Of a stretch of 64,000 bases of DNA, positions 29,201 through 37,903 are shown piece by piece (the first letter of the stretch is position 1; the number at the start of each line of letters is the position of its first letter). The DNA is from an uncultured Bacteroidota bacterium (GTDB lineage Bacteria > Bacteroidota > Bacteroidia > Flavobacteriales > Flavobacteriaceae): contig CACLAD010000002.1 of assembly GCA_902604715.1 (NCBI GenBank), positions 8,963 to 72,962 of the forward strand, in the 5' to 3' direction. Below the pieces are notes generated by a model. That model was not told the DNA's origin and ran no database searches. It saw only the letters and a list, made by a program, of their open reading frames with translations. The position numbers were made by a program, and so were the translations under genes.

Positions 29201-30392
29201 TAACGTTTGAAACTAGTATCCCAGATTGAACAGATGAAATATCTCTAACCAAATTTGTTAATTGTGATCCAGCATCACCAATTGCTGTAGGATCGTATGC
29301 GTTATTTGAATTATCAGGGTATGAATTTGGAGGAGATAAAACATTAACCGAAGATGATATATTTTCAGTTTCACCCAAGTCTTGAAATGCCAAAATATTC
29401 CTTACATCTTCTATTTGATTATTTCTATTTGTAACCCAAACCTCAGCCCTTGTAATTTGAACATTGGAGTTTATGTAAGGATAATTTTCTAGGGATTGAT
29501 CATACTTGTTACGAAAATAGTGACTCAAAAAGAAGTGTCTGTTTTCGTCATAATCTAAAGCCCTAAATTCAAATTCTTGAACTGTTCCTCCACCCTCGGA
29601 AACAACTGACCTTGATTCAGATTTTTGTTCTGAAAAAATTGCCTTTATTCTTGTTTTACCAAACTTAAGTTCAGTTTTGACTCCGAAAAGACTTTGTGCA
29701 CCGGAAATGAGAGAACTATTAAGTGGCATACTTACATTACCAACCTCAATTTTTTGAATTATGTCATCCTCAGTAGGTTCATATTCTAGCTTTAATAAAT
29801 TTTGAAAATCAAAAGAGGATTGTGTGTCAAAATTTGCATTAACCTGTACTCTTGTTCCAACTTTTCCAACTAAGCTCAATCCAATTCTCTGGTCAAAATC
29901 AAATGTTAAATTACTTCTGTTTCTTGGAGAGAAAGCAGGATTATCTTGTTTGGTATAAAGGACCCCTAAATCAACTTCTAAGGAACCTTGAGGAACAACT
30001 TGGATTGAATTTCCCCCAAATATTGATTCAAATAATTGCGAATTAACATATATCTCCGGTATAAGATTTTTTTGATCATCCTCCGAACCATCTTTTTTAC
30101 CCTCAGCTGCATCGATTTTGGATTTATAATAGTTTTTTAAATCCTCTTTTAATATTAGTTCTTGATATTCATCGGGAGTTAATATAATCGGATAGCTAAT
30201 ATCATATTCTCCAACTTTAATATTATAATAATATAAATCACTAGCTGGATCATACTCATAGTTTTCTATGTAACTAGATGGGTTAGGAATACTTATTTCT
30301 CCAATATCAGCCTCTTGTGCACCAATTTTATCTACTAACAGTATTGAAAGTAAAGCAAAGACAAAAAATCTAAGATTTAAAGCAGGTAGCAT
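23262..30392 (-). CDS. sprA: Cell surface protein SprA (type IX secretion translocon)
   Basis: 2376-aa single ORF with a signal peptide, beta-rich N/D/Y/F composition throughout and a C-terminal strand ending RYNFGN. Size and composition match flavobacterial SprA/Sov. Confidence 0.9.
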   Translation of the reverse strand: MLPALNLRFFVFALLSILLVDKIGAQEADIGEISIPNPSSYIENYEYDPASDLYYYNIKVGEYDISYPIILTPDEYQELILKEDLKNYYKSKIDAAEGKKDGSEDDQKNLIPEIYVNSQLFESIFGGNSIQVVPQGSLEVDLGVLYTKQDNPAFSPRNRSNLTFDFDQRIGLSLVGKVGTRVQVNANFDTQSSFDFQNLLKLEYEPTEDDIIQKIEVGNVSMPLNSSLISGAQSLFGVKTELKFGKTRIKAIFSEQKSESRSVVSEGGGTVQEFEFRALDYDENRHFFLSHYFRNKYDQSLENYPYINSNVQITRAEVWVTNRNNQIEDVRNILAFQDLGETENISSSVNVLSPPNSYPDNSNNAYDPTAIGDAGSQLTNLVRDISSVQSGILVSNVSEGIDYGKLENAQKLRENIDYQIHPQLGYISLTQKLDNDEILAVAFQYTVGDQVFQVGEFANDGVQATEVSFENDNQVVNSNNLILKLLKSTVTNVDEPIWDLMMKNIYNTGAFQLEREDFKLNIFYKESSELNYITPVEGTPFPTSTGSPPIDEQPLLSFFNFDRLNYNNDPQISGDGFFDFVPEITVVQQTGKIIFTKVEPFGEFLFESLRLDFSEDYNGDQNSLDDYNPNQKKYVYHTLYNSTKTAAEQVAEKNKFLAKGKYKSSSGGGIPIGAYNVPRGSVTVTAGGRVLVEGVDYTVNYQLGTVQILDAGLQASNIPINVSVENNALFGQQTKRFSGINVEHQFSDDFIVSGTLLNLHERPLTQKANFGTEPINNTMVGFDGNFSREIPLLTRLINKLPNIETDVPSNFSLRGEFAYLLPGAPKGNSFNGEATSYIDDFEGTQNVIDLLTPQSWSISSRPKDLGNIYFEGDEDNNGIQNGFDRALLNWYSIDPIFYSSQRPAEISNEDLSNLYSRRIFIDEIFPQIDLVQGQTTVINSLDLNYYPNLRGPYNMDPSVSDGIIDDVNDSWAGITRLINTTDFEQSNVEYLEFWLMDPFLEDDDNTGGKLTFNLGNISEDIIKDGRKQYENGLPEDGDISLLPTTSWGTVVPQNQSLVYAFSSVGDARINQDVGIDGYDDSEEAVIFTAFSDLSDPANDNYNYFLNKSGSIFERYMDYNGLDGNSPETISNNDRGSSTYPDVEDINRDNTMNTIDSYFEYELEISPNSLSNLNNPYIIDRKEKNVNLPNGSSELVRWYQFRIPVNEPTGSIGGISDFRSIRFMRMYLTEFTQNTIFRFGTLELVRSDWRKYQLSLDEEIDNNNDTTDFSVGIIGIQENEESYVSPPGVEREQFNNNNTIVRQNEQSLVLNVCELEPEDSRGVYKNISVDMRQFNRLRMFMHAEDGASPGFTDGDIIGFVRLGNDLSENYYQIEIPLQESPSGSLNAQSVWPVINEIDLPISALETIKSLSILNGTLGSDQPIFYDVVNDDVNEEFVNEFSPLDVGEQRISIKGNPNFGDIRTLMIGIKNPSQDNMDVCAEVWFNELRLSDMDNEGGWAATLAVDTNVADFLNISATARQSTSGFGNIEQGPSERDKIDKKQYDIISNINVGQLFPETWGLNIPLNYGQGEEYITPEFDQQYRDITLSSRIDQAESQQDKDAILRQSEDYTKRKSLNLIGVNKQRTNDEKTPRFYDVENLTFNYAYNEVNHRDYEIENMLDQNVRAGVNYNFNFNTIKLEPLKKNDSIFNSKYLKILKDFNINLLPSSISINTDYIRQFNKQKFREIDLTQDNIGIQELFRRNYSFDFQLAINYPISENLTLNYNLGNNNIVRNYFIDNQINGMQDPELDVWDRFFDIGDPNRQVQQVAINYDLPLNKIPTFNFIKTSYSYTGDFQWQKGSDLFGNLTLNGQTYDLGNSISNANTHNINSVLDMQKLYRYLGLTKFNRGTDTKAVRGFAQNNSAKKTNPILKTFIDLITTVKRIQINYSENNGSYLPGFLDTPGFIGSFTPTFGYVFGSQKDIRYLAARNGWLTVFPDFNQQFSSTTNTNLTFSANLVPINDLKIDLTGGRTYAENLAESFNTIDNDNDGFSDVYNPFIQNSVGNFNISTLLIKTAFSKSDEFSSDVFETFKSNRLIIARRLAAREGVDFTNPNNFENGDLNGFPLGFGRTSQLVLLPSFLSAYSGVDANKVSLGAFRDIPIPNWSVKYSGFMKMDWFRKNFKRFSISHGYNSMYTINQFRSNLDYVQPDFNLDYSLQNSDVFDQSDNYKNKTLFSNINLMEQFSPLIKIDVEMKNSLKLQTEIRKDRLLSLSFDNNLLTEIQGYEYILGLGYRVKDLQIRSRLGGSRQLIKSDLNMKADFSVRNNKTIVRYLDLDNNQVTSGQTILNLKYSADYAFSQNLTGIFYFDYSFSEYAISTAFPQTTIRAGFTMRYNFGN

Positions 30393-30400
30393 TAAGTAAA

Positions 30401-30982
30401 TTAAATATTTTTCAAAGTCTCCTTGATGATTTCCTCTACAGTAATATCTAAATTATCTTTAATTATTTTATCAACTAATCTCCCTGCAGATTTCTTATTT
30501 ATACCAAGAACCTCTAAAGCAGATAACGCTTCTTCTCTTGTGGTATTGTTTGAATCAACAAAAGCTTCATCAATATCATATACTTTTAATACTTTATCTC
30601 TTAATTCTATAATTAATCTCTGAGCTGTTTTGCTTCCAATTCCCTTGACTGATTGAACAACCGAAACATTATTTGATGATATTGCATCGATTACTTGTTC
30701 TGGGGTAAGTGAAGAAAGCATTGTTCTAGCTGTACTAGTTCCAACACCGCTAACAGAAATTAAAAGTCTAAAAATTTCCCTTTCTTTTAGAGTATAAAAC
30801 CCATACAAAGAATGAGAATCCTCTTTAATTTGAAGATGTGTAAATAACTTAATATTTTCTTGGTCTGGGATCTGAGAAAATGTAGTTAGAGAAATATTTA
30901 TCCAGTATCCAATTCCGTTTGTTTCAATGACAACATTAGTTGGTGATTTTTCGGATAATCTTCCTTTTATATGAGTGATCAT
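30401..30982 (-). CDS. ruvA: Holliday junction DNA helicase RuvA
   Basis: MITHIKGRL...VVIETNGIGYWINISL, LYGF, and the HhH region VSGVGTSTARTML / VKGIGSKTAQRLI. Confidence 0.93.
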   Translation of the reverse strand: MITHIKGRLSEKSPTNVVIETNGIGYWINISLTTFSQIPDQENIKLFTHLQIKEDSHSLYGFYTLKEREIFRLLISVSGVGTSTARTMLSSLTPEQVIDAISSNNVSVVQSVKGIGSKTAQRLIIELRDKVLKVYDIDEAFVDSNNTTREEALSALEVLGINKKSAGRLVDKIIKDNLDITVEEIIKETLKNI

Positions 30983-31047
30983 CTAGTCTTGAGTTGTTAA
31001 ATTATTTGATTAGGCAAATTAATGTAAATAATCTTAAAATTTTAGAA

Positions 31048-31983
31048 TTATTTCCTTTTTATAAACTCAATATTACGTTTGATTCCATCAAAGCCTGCTC
31101 TTTTAATTGCGGAGTTTTTAAACACCTTATTAAAAGTTTCTTCAGTCATCTCAATCCAATCATTTTTATTCATAGATAAAAACTCATCATTAGGGTTAAA
31201 TAAAGGCTCTTTATGTGGTTTAGAAAACCTATTCCATGGGCATACATCTTGACAAATATCACATCCAAAAATCCAATCGTCATAAGTATTTTTGGCATAA
31301 TCTGGTATATTATTTTTAAGCTCAATTGTATAATAAGAAATACATCTAGTACCGTCAACAACATATGGTTCTACAATAGCATTTGTAGGGCAGGCATCAA
31401 TGCATGCAGTACAAGATCCACAATGATCTGTTTCGATATGATCATACTCCAATTCTAAGTCTAAAATAATTTCACATAAGAAAAAAAAGGAGCCATTTTT
31501 TTTTGAAATAAGGTTGGTATTTTTTCCAATCCATCCTAATCCACTTTTTTTAGCCCATGCCCGCTCCAAAACTGGGGCTGAGTCGACAAAAACTCGACCG
31601 TTTATGTCACCAGTTTCTTCCTTAATGTATTCAAATAAATCCTTTAATTTATTTTTAATTACAAAGTGATAGTCATCTCCATAAGCATATTTTGAAATCT
31701 TAAAATTTGAATCTTTACAAGTTTTTTCTCTGTAATAATTATATGTCAATGATATCACGCTTTTTGCCCCTTCAACAATTTTTGTAGGGTCTAATCTCAT
31801 ATCAAAGTTTCTTTCCATATAAGACATCTCACCATTCATGTTTTTATTTAACCAGTTTTCAAGGTTAGGAGCCTCCTCCTCCAAAAACCCAGCCTTACTA
31901 ATACCACAAGACAAAAAACCTAGAGTCTTTGCTCTACTTTTAATATCAATTGTAAGACTTTCTATATTAGTATGATTATACAT
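31048..31983 (-). CDS. queG: Epoxyqueuosine reductase
   Basis: 311 aa. Two 4Fe-4S motifs, [12 protein letters not shown] and [11 protein letters not shown], in the family-typical order. [10 protein letters not shown]. Confidence 0.9.
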   Translation of the reverse strand: MYNHTNIESLTIDIKSRAKTLGFLSCGISKAGFLEEEAPNLENWLNKNMNGEMSYMERNFDMRLDPTKIVEGAKSVISLTYNYYREKTCKDSNFKISKYAYGDDYHFVIKNKLKDLFEYIKEETGDINGRVFVDSAPVLERAWAKKSGLGWIGKNTNLISKKNGSFFFLCEIILDLELEYDHIETDHCGSCTACIDACPTNAIVEPYVVDGTRCISYYTIELKNNIPDYAKNTYDDWIFGCDICQDVCPWNRFSKPHKEPLFNPNDEFLSMNKNDWIEMTEETFNKVFKNSAIKRAGFDGIKRNIEFIKRK

Positions 31984-31989
31984 GTGAGT

Positions 31990-33012
31990 CTAAAAAAGTC
32001 CTTTTTGAGATGGCTTAAATTCTTTGTTTAAATGTTTAAACGCTAATTCAGTAGCTTCACGTCCACGAGGGGTTCTCATTATAAAACCCTGCTGAATTAG
32101 AAATGGTTCATAGACTTCCTCAATAGTTTCAGGGTTTTCACTCACTGCTGTTGCCAAGGTCGTAATTCCAACTGGACCACCACCAAACTTATCAATAATT
32201 GTACTTAATATCTTATTATCCATTTCGTCAAGACCACTTATATCAACGTTTAATGCCTTCAAACTTGATTTTGTAATAGTAATATCAATTTTTCCATCAC
32301 CCTTTATTTGAGCAAAATCCCTTACTCTTCGTAGAAGTGAATTAGCAATTCTTGGTGTACCTCTACTTCTTCCAGCGATTTCAATTGCAGCTTCCATTGA
32401 GATGCCTATATCTAATATCTTCGCACTTCTTTCAACTATGGTTGAAAGTAATTTAGAATCATAATATTTTAATCTATTTGTTATCCCGAACCTTGCTCGC
32501 ATCGGGGCTGTAAGTAATCCTGATCTAGTTGTTGCACCAACAAGGGTGAAGGGTTCCAGATTAATTTCTACAGATCTAGCATTGGGGCCAGACTCAATCA
32601 TTATATCAATTTTATAATCTTCCATAGCTGAGTAAAGATATTCTTCAACTATGGGACTAAGTCTATGAATTTCGTCAATAAATAATACATCTCTCTCTTT
32701 AAGATTTGTTAATAAACCCGCTAGGTCAGCTGGTTTATCTAACACAGGGCCAGATGTTACTTTAATTTCAACGTCCAGCTCTTTTGCCAAAATATTAGCT
32801 AGAGTAGTTTTTCCAAGTCCTGGTGGGCCATGAAATAGAGTATGATCCAAAGCATCATTTCGTTGATTTGCAGCTTCTACAAATATTTTAAGATTACTTA
32901 TAACATGCTCTTGGCCAGAAAAATCGTTAAATGAAATTGGTCTTAGGTTATTTTCAAATTCTCTCTCATTTTCGGAAAGATTTTCAGCAGAAGGGTCAAG
33001 GTTTTCATTCAT
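31990..33012 (-). CDS. ruvB: Holliday junction DNA helicase RuvB
   Basis: Walker [10 protein letters not shown], Walker B FIDEIHRL, and [18 protein letters not shown]. Confidence 0.95.
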   Translation of the reverse strand: MNENLDPSAENLSENEREFENNLRPISFNDFSGQEHVISNLKIFVEAANQRNDALDHTLFHGPPGLGKTTLANILAKELDVEIKVTSGPVLDKPADLAGLLTNLKERDVLFIDEIHRLSPIVEEYLYSAMEDYKIDIMIESGPNARSVEINLEPFTLVGATTRSGLLTAPMRARFGITNRLKYYDSKLLSTIVERSAKILDIGISMEAAIEIAGRSRGTPRIANSLLRRVRDFAQIKGDGKIDITITKSSLKALNVDISGLDEMDNKILSTIIDKFGGGPVGITTLATAVSENPETIEEVYEPFLIQQGFIMRTPRGREATELAFKHLNKEFKPSQKGLF

Positions 33013-33017
33013 AAAAA

Positions 33018-33025
33018 CAAATATA
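33018..33025 (-). promoter_or_regulatory. Possible -7 box (TATATTTG on the minus strand) 5 nt upstream of the ruvB ATG
   Basis: Exact TAnnTTTG match between the coxI terminator hairpin and the ATG at 33012. Confidence 0.35.
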
Positions 33026-33027
33026 AA

Positions 33028-33061
33028 GAAAAAGCCTTTCTAACTTTAGAAAAGCTTTTTC
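33028..33061 (-). terminator. Rho-independent terminator after coxI (end of the ACIII-oxidase operon)
   Basis: GAAAAAGC...GCTTTTTC imperfect hairpin. On the minus strand it is followed by TTTATATTTGTTTTTAT. Sits 19 nt after the coxI stop. Confidence 0.6.
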
Positions 33062-33079
33062 TTTATTCTGATATGAGAA

Positions 33080-34864
33080 TTAATATTCTTCTTCGCCCTT
33101 CTTCAGTGGGATATGTTGAGGGACAAAATCTTCTTTATAATCTGGCTTACTATAATCATAGGGCCACCTATGAACCTCAGGGATTTTTCCTTGCCAATTT
33201 CCATGAATGTGTTTTTGAGATGCAGTCCACTCTAAAGTGGTCGACTTCCAAGGGTTTTGTGGAGCTTTTTTACCGTAAAAGATATTATACATAAAGTTAT
33301 ATAAGAAAACTAGCTGCACTGCAGCGCCCATTAGAGCAAACATTGTGATAATCTGATTAGTATCTGCAAGGTCGTCAAAAAGAGGGAAATTTGTATTAGA
33401 ATAATATCTTCTTGGTAGTCCAGCCATTCCAATAAAATGCATTGGGAAAAATACACCATATGCTGAAATAGCAGTTACCCAAAAATGTATGTAACCAAGA
33501 TTTTTATTCATCATTTTTCCAAAGAGGATTGGATACCAATGATATATTCCTGCCAACATTCCATAAAGTGCCGATATACCCATTACTAAATGAAAATGTG
33601 CAACCACAAAATATGTATCATGAACATTTATATCTAGAGCGCTGTCACCCAAAATAATTCCTGTTAAACCACCTGTGATAAATGTTGAAACAAATCCAAT
33701 CGCGAAGAGCATAGGAGTATTAAATTGAATATTTCCTTTCCAAAGAGTCGTAATATAATTAAAGGCTTTTACAGCTGAAGGAATCGCAATTAATAGGGTT
33801 GTAAAAGTAAATACAGAACCTAGGAAAGGATTCATTCCTGTTACAAACATATGGTGACCCCACACAATTGTTGATAAAAATGCAATAGCCAAAATAGAAA
33901 TGATCATTGCTTTATAACCAAAAATTGGTTTTCTAGCATGGGTTGCTATTACCTCAGAAGCAATTCCAAGTGCCGGTAATAATACAATATAAACTTCAGG
34001 GTGTCCTAAAAACCAAAATAGGTGCTCGAATAAAACAGGAGATCCTCCCTGATAGTGTAATACTTCACCTTGGATAAAAATATCAGATAAGAAAAAAGAG
34101 GTTCCAAAGCTTCTATCCATAATTAATAATAGAGCCGCTGACAAAAGTACAGGAAATGAAATCGCACCAATGATGGCAGTAACAAAAAATGCCCAAATTG
34201 TTAAAGGCATTCTTGTAAGTGACATACCCTTTGTCCTTAGATTTAGGACAGTAACGATATAATTTAATGAACCTAATAATGAAGATGCAATAAAAAATGC
34301 CATAGAAACCAGCCATAAAGTCATTCCTAAACCTGATCCTGGTTGTGCCATTTCAAGAGCACTTAGAGGAGGATAAATCGTCCAACCTGCAGCTGCTGGT
34401 CCAGCTTCAACAAAAATTGATGTAACCATTATAACAGTGGACAAAAAGAATAGCCAGAAAGCAATCATATTTAGAAAACCAGAGGCCATATCACGGGCAC
34501 CCAACTGTAAAGGAATAAGTAAATTACTAAAAGTTCCACTTAACCCTGCTGTAAGTACAAAGAAAACCATAATCGTACCATGCATTGTGACAAGTGCTAA
34601 ATAGATATCTGCGTCCATAACTCCTTCTGGTGCCCACTTTCCTAATAAAAAGTCAAAAAAGATATTTGGTTCTTCTGGCCAGGCAATTTGCATTCGCATT
34701 AATGCTGACATTAGTATTCCAATTATACCCATGAAAAAAACACCTGTGAACAAATATTGTTTAGCAATCATTTTATGATCTTGACTAAAGATATATTTAG
34801 TTATAAATGTTTCTTTGTGATGGTGGGCGTGATGATCTTTATCAAATTCTATATATTCTGCCAT
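33080..34864 (-). CDS. ctaD: Cytochrome c oxidase subunit I
   Basis: WFLGHPEVYIVLLPALG, GHHMF, VAHFHLVM. The track ORF starts at TTG 34882, inside coxII. ATG 34864 (MAEYIEF...) lies 4 nt after the coxII stop. Confidence 0.93.
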   Translation of the reverse strand: MAEYIEFDKDHHAHHHKETFITKYIFSQDHKMIAKQYLFTGVFFMGIIGILMSALMRMQIAWPEEPNIFFDFLLGKWAPEGVMDADIYLALVTMHGTIMVFFVLTAGLSGTFSNLLIPLQLGARDMASGFLNMIAFWLFFLSTVIMVTSIFVEAGPAAAGWTIYPPLSALEMAQPGSGLGMTLWLVSMAFFIASSLLGSLNYIVTVLNLRTKGMSLTRMPLTIWAFFVTAIIGAISFPVLLSAALLLIMDRSFGTSFFLSDIFIQGEVLHYQGGSPVLFEHLFWFLGHPEVYIVLLPALGIASEVIATHARKPIFGYKAMIISILAIAFLSTIVWGHHMFVTGMNPFLGSVFTFTTLLIAIPSAVKAFNYITTLWKGNIQFNTPMLFAIGFVSTFITGGLTGIILGDSALDINVHDTYFVVAHFHLVMGISALYGMLAGIYHWYPILFGKMMNKNLGYIHFWVTAISAYGVFFPMHFIGMAGLPRRYYSNTNFPLFDDLADTNQIITMFALMGAAVQLVFLYNFMYNIFYGKKAPQNPWKSTTLEWTASQKHIHGNWQGKIPEVHRWPYDYSKPDYKEDFVPQHIPLKKGEEEY

Positions 34865-34868
34865 AGTT

Positions 34869-35960
34869 TTAATTTTGCGCAATTAGCGAATTCCTAAATA
34901 AAGTTTGTTGTCCGTACCAAGTGTCAAATTCTTGTTGGGTTTCGACAATAATTTTCATTTGCATGTTATAGTGAGACTTCCCACAGATTTTATTACACAA
35001 TAATAAATAATCAAATTCATAAGGATCTAGAGGTTCTTCACCTTTCAAAGCTAACTCTTCACTTTTAGCTTCCCTTAAATTATTGATATTAATTACTTTA
35101 TCAATCATAGATGGATTTTTCCTCATTTCTTCTGTGGTAACTTTTGGGGTAAATGCAAACTTAGTGATCATTCCAGGAACACAATTCATTTGTGCTCTAA
35201 AATGTGGCATATATGCCGAATGAAGAACATCCTGAGACCTCATTATAAATAATATCGGCCTATCAACCGGCAGATGAAGTTCTGTTGTAATTACATCATC
35301 AGCGGCGTTCGGGTCATTTTCATCAAGCCCCAATATATTAGCCCTGTCAATATCAATAAGTCTAACATTTGATTTTCCTAATACATTATCCTCTCCTGCG
35401 TATCTTGCCTTCCAATTAAATTGTTGGGCATAAAGTTCTATAACCATTGGATCATTATCTTTTTGCATATTCATAACATCTGACCATGTTAAAAGACCGT
35501 AGGTAATAAAACCAGTCAATACAATCGCTGGGATAGTAGTCCACAATAATTCCAGTTTATGATTATCGGTGTAAAATAAAGCTTTGGATGTTTTACTTCC
35601 CTTGTATTTATATGCAAAGAAATATAATAGAAATTGAGTAATTGTTTGAACTATAAAAATCAAAACTATAGTCCAAATCATCAATGTATCTATTTGTTGA
35701 CCATGCTCAGACGCCGCATTAGAGATTAAAGGAAATTTTCCATATTTAACAAGAGAAAATATTGTTATAGCGTATATGAAGGCTAGAAAGCCTAACATTA
35801 ATTTTGCTTGGGTAGAATTATCTTTATCATTAGCAATTTGAGAATCATCAATCTTTACCCCTGAAATTACCCTTGATAAGTCAAATATTTTAATCATTTG
35901 CCAAATGGCAATTGTAATGAATGTTAGAATTAATATTATAAATAGGGTTGTCATATTCAC
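34869..35960 (-). CDS. Cytochrome c oxidase subunit II (CuA, no fused heme c)
   Basis: Two N-terminal TMs and a cupredoxin domain with DVLHSAYMPHF and the CuA ligands CNKICGKSHYNM. No CxxCH motif. Confidence 0.9.
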   Translation of the reverse strand: MNMTTLFIILILTFITIAIWQMIKIFDLSRVISGVKIDDSQIANDKDNSTQAKLMLGFLAFIYAITIFSLVKYGKFPLISNAASEHGQQIDTLMIWTIVLIFIVQTITQFLLYFFAYKYKGSKTSKALFYTDNHKLELLWTTIPAIVLTGFITYGLLTWSDVMNMQKDNDPMVIELYAQQFNWKARYAGEDNVLGKSNVRLIDIDRANILGLDENDPNAADDVITTELHLPVDRPILFIMRSQDVLHSAYMPHFRAQMNCVPGMITKFAFTPKVTTEEMRKNPSMIDKVININNLREAKSEELALKGEEPLDPYEFDYLLLCNKICGKSHYNMQMKIIVETQQEFDTWYGQQTLFRNSLIAQN

Positions 35961-35969
35961 TTATTCAAA

Positions 35970-37337
35970 TTAGTAATGAAAGTTTTCACTTTCCTTAATC
36001 ATTGGATTTCCTTTTGCTAATAATTCTTCTTTAGATAATGCATAAAAAACAAGCAGCAAAAATAAGCCTAAAAATATTAATATGGAACTAAATTCTGCAA
36101 TTCCGAATCCATATCTGTCTATAACAGTTGCGGGCATAATCATCATGTAAACATCCATGTAATGTCCAACTAAAATTATAACCCCTGCCATTATAATAAA
36201 TATTGGAATCCTTTTGTAGTCACTATTCATAAGAACTAGAAATGGAAAAATAAAATTTAAACAAAACATTGTAAAAAATGGAATAGGATACATTTCAATT
36301 CTAGTGACAAAATATGTAACCTCTTCTGGGATATTCGCATACCATATTAGCATGAACTGTGAAAACCACAGGTAGGCCCAAAAAACACTAAAGCCAAACA
36401 TGAATTTAGCTAAGTCATGTAAGTGGCTATCATTGACATATTTCATTAGACCTTTACTGTTTAAGTAAATAGTAATTAATGCAATAACAGTTATACCGCT
36501 TACTACCATACTAGCAAGGACATACCATCCGAATAAAGTACTAAACCAATGCGGATCAACACTCATAATCCAATCCCATGACATCATGGACTCGGTATAA
36601 ATAAAGAAAACTAAAAACCCAGCAGAAATCTGAAAGTTTCTTTTAAAATTTTTATTGTCATTTGCTTTATCTTGAGCCAGAGAAAATTTCCTAGAAAAAT
36701 ATCTATACAATGACCAACCACCGATATAGATTAGACCTCTTACAATGAATGCATTTTTATTAAGCCAACTTTCTTTTCCTTGAATAATTTTGTCATGAGC
36801 AACAACTTCTGGGTCCATCCAAATAAAAATATGCTTATCACCTATAATTGCAATTAATAAAACAATTATAGCTCCAGGTAGCAAATAATAAGTTATGGCC
36901 TCCATTACCCTAAAAAGAACTGGAGACCACCCAGCCTGTGATGCATATTGAATAGCATAAAATGCTAAAACTCCTAAGGAAATCATCATAAAAAAGAATG
37001 CAGCAACGTACAAAGCAGCATAAGGTCTATTGTGAATCTGGTGTAAAACATGTTCAGCATGTTCATCTTCATGACCGTGAGCTTTATGACCGTGAGCTTC
37101 ATGATCAACTTCAAGGTAATCATCTTCATATACCCCTTCATTATGATGTATTTCATTCTGATGATCCATTGAATGAGTTTGGTCAGAATGGGATCCGTAA
37201 TGAGATTCTTCAGCCAATAAAATTTTAACCTCCTCAATTGTTAAATGAGATTTTGAATAAGAATAGAACCAACCTAATGAGCCTAAGATTATTAAGGATA
37301 ATGAAAAGATTTTAAATCTATTTGATAAGGTATACAT
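35970..37337 (-). CDS. actF: Alternative complex III subunit ActF (quinol:cytochrome c oxidoreductase membrane subunit)
   Basis: 455-aa polytopic NrfD-like protein, last in the actABCDEF order. It carries a His-rich loop after TM1. Confidence 0.8.
   Translation of the reverse strand: MYTLSNRFKIFSLSLIILGSLGWFYSYSKSHLTIEEVKILLAEESHYGSHSDQTHSMDHQNEIHHNEGVYEDDYLEVDHEAHGHKAHGHEDEHAEHVLHQIHNRPYAALYVAAFFFMMISLGVLAFYAIQYASQAGWSPVLFRVMEAITYYLLPGAIIVLLIAIIGDKHIFIWMDPEVVAHDKIIQGKESWLNKNAFIVRGLIYIGGWSLYRYFSRKFSLAQDKANDNKNFKRNFQISAGFLVFFIYTESMMSWDWIMSVDPHWFSTLFGWYVLASMVVSGITVIALITIYLNSKGLMKYVNDSHLHDLAKFMFGFSVFWAYLWFSQFMLIWYANIPEEVTYFVTRIEMYPIPFFTMFCLNFIFPFLVLMNSDYKRIPIFIIMAGVIILVGHYMDVYMMIMPATVIDRYGFGIAEFSSILIFLGLFLLLVFYALSKEELLAKGNPMIKESENFHY
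37067..37104. repeat. 15-nt tandem repeat (ATGACCGTGAGCTTY x2 plus partial copies) inside actF
   Basis: Read directly. It encodes the AHGHK-AHGHE part of the His-rich loop. Confidence 0.85.
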
Positions 37338-37345
37338 ATTAAATT

Positions 37346-37903
37346 CTATTTACTTAAATCCGATTTTAATTTCATTACATAAGATGTAACCATCCATCTT
37401 TCTTTTTCATTTAGTTGATTAGCATAGGAACCCATTGAATTCCTACCATAATATATGACATGATATGTACTTCCAGATGTAATTGCTCTTCCTGGATCAG
37501 CATAACTAGGAACCCCTAGGATTTTTTCTCTTTTGACTAAAATTCCCTGCCCTGCACCTTTTGCTCCGTGACATATACCACAATGGACGGTATACAGTTC
37601 TTTTGCCTCCAAAATATCTTTTTGAGCAAATGAAAAAGGATTTGATAGTTCTTTTTTTGCTAAATCATAACCCTCATTTGTGTCTTCATACTCATACAGT
37701 GAATAGCCTCTCGGGATTGTACCTTCAACCGGTAACCTGGCAGATAATTCATCTTCAAATATTTGATTTTCTGAATATGCCTCATAGCTTAAAGATTCAT
37801 ACATGTTTGGCATATATTCATAATTTGGTGCTCCTTTATCGCCCCAACATGATTGAAGAACTATTGTAAAAATTAACAATATTTTACAGCTATAATTAAT
37901 CAT
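37346..37903 (-). CDS. actE: Alternative complex III monoheme cytochrome c subunit ActE
   Basis: 185 aa. Lipoprotein-like LQSC and a single CGICHG heme motif. 4-nt overlap with actD. Confidence 0.8.
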   Translation of the reverse strand: MINYSCKILLIFTIVLQSCWGDKGAPNYEYMPNMYESLSYEAYSENQIFEDELSARLPVEGTIPRGYSLYEYEDTNEGYDLAKKELSNPFSFAQKDILEAKELYTVHCGICHGAKGAGQGILVKREKILGVPSYADPGRAITSGSTYHVIYYGRNSMGSYANQLNEKERWMVTSYVMKLKSDLSK

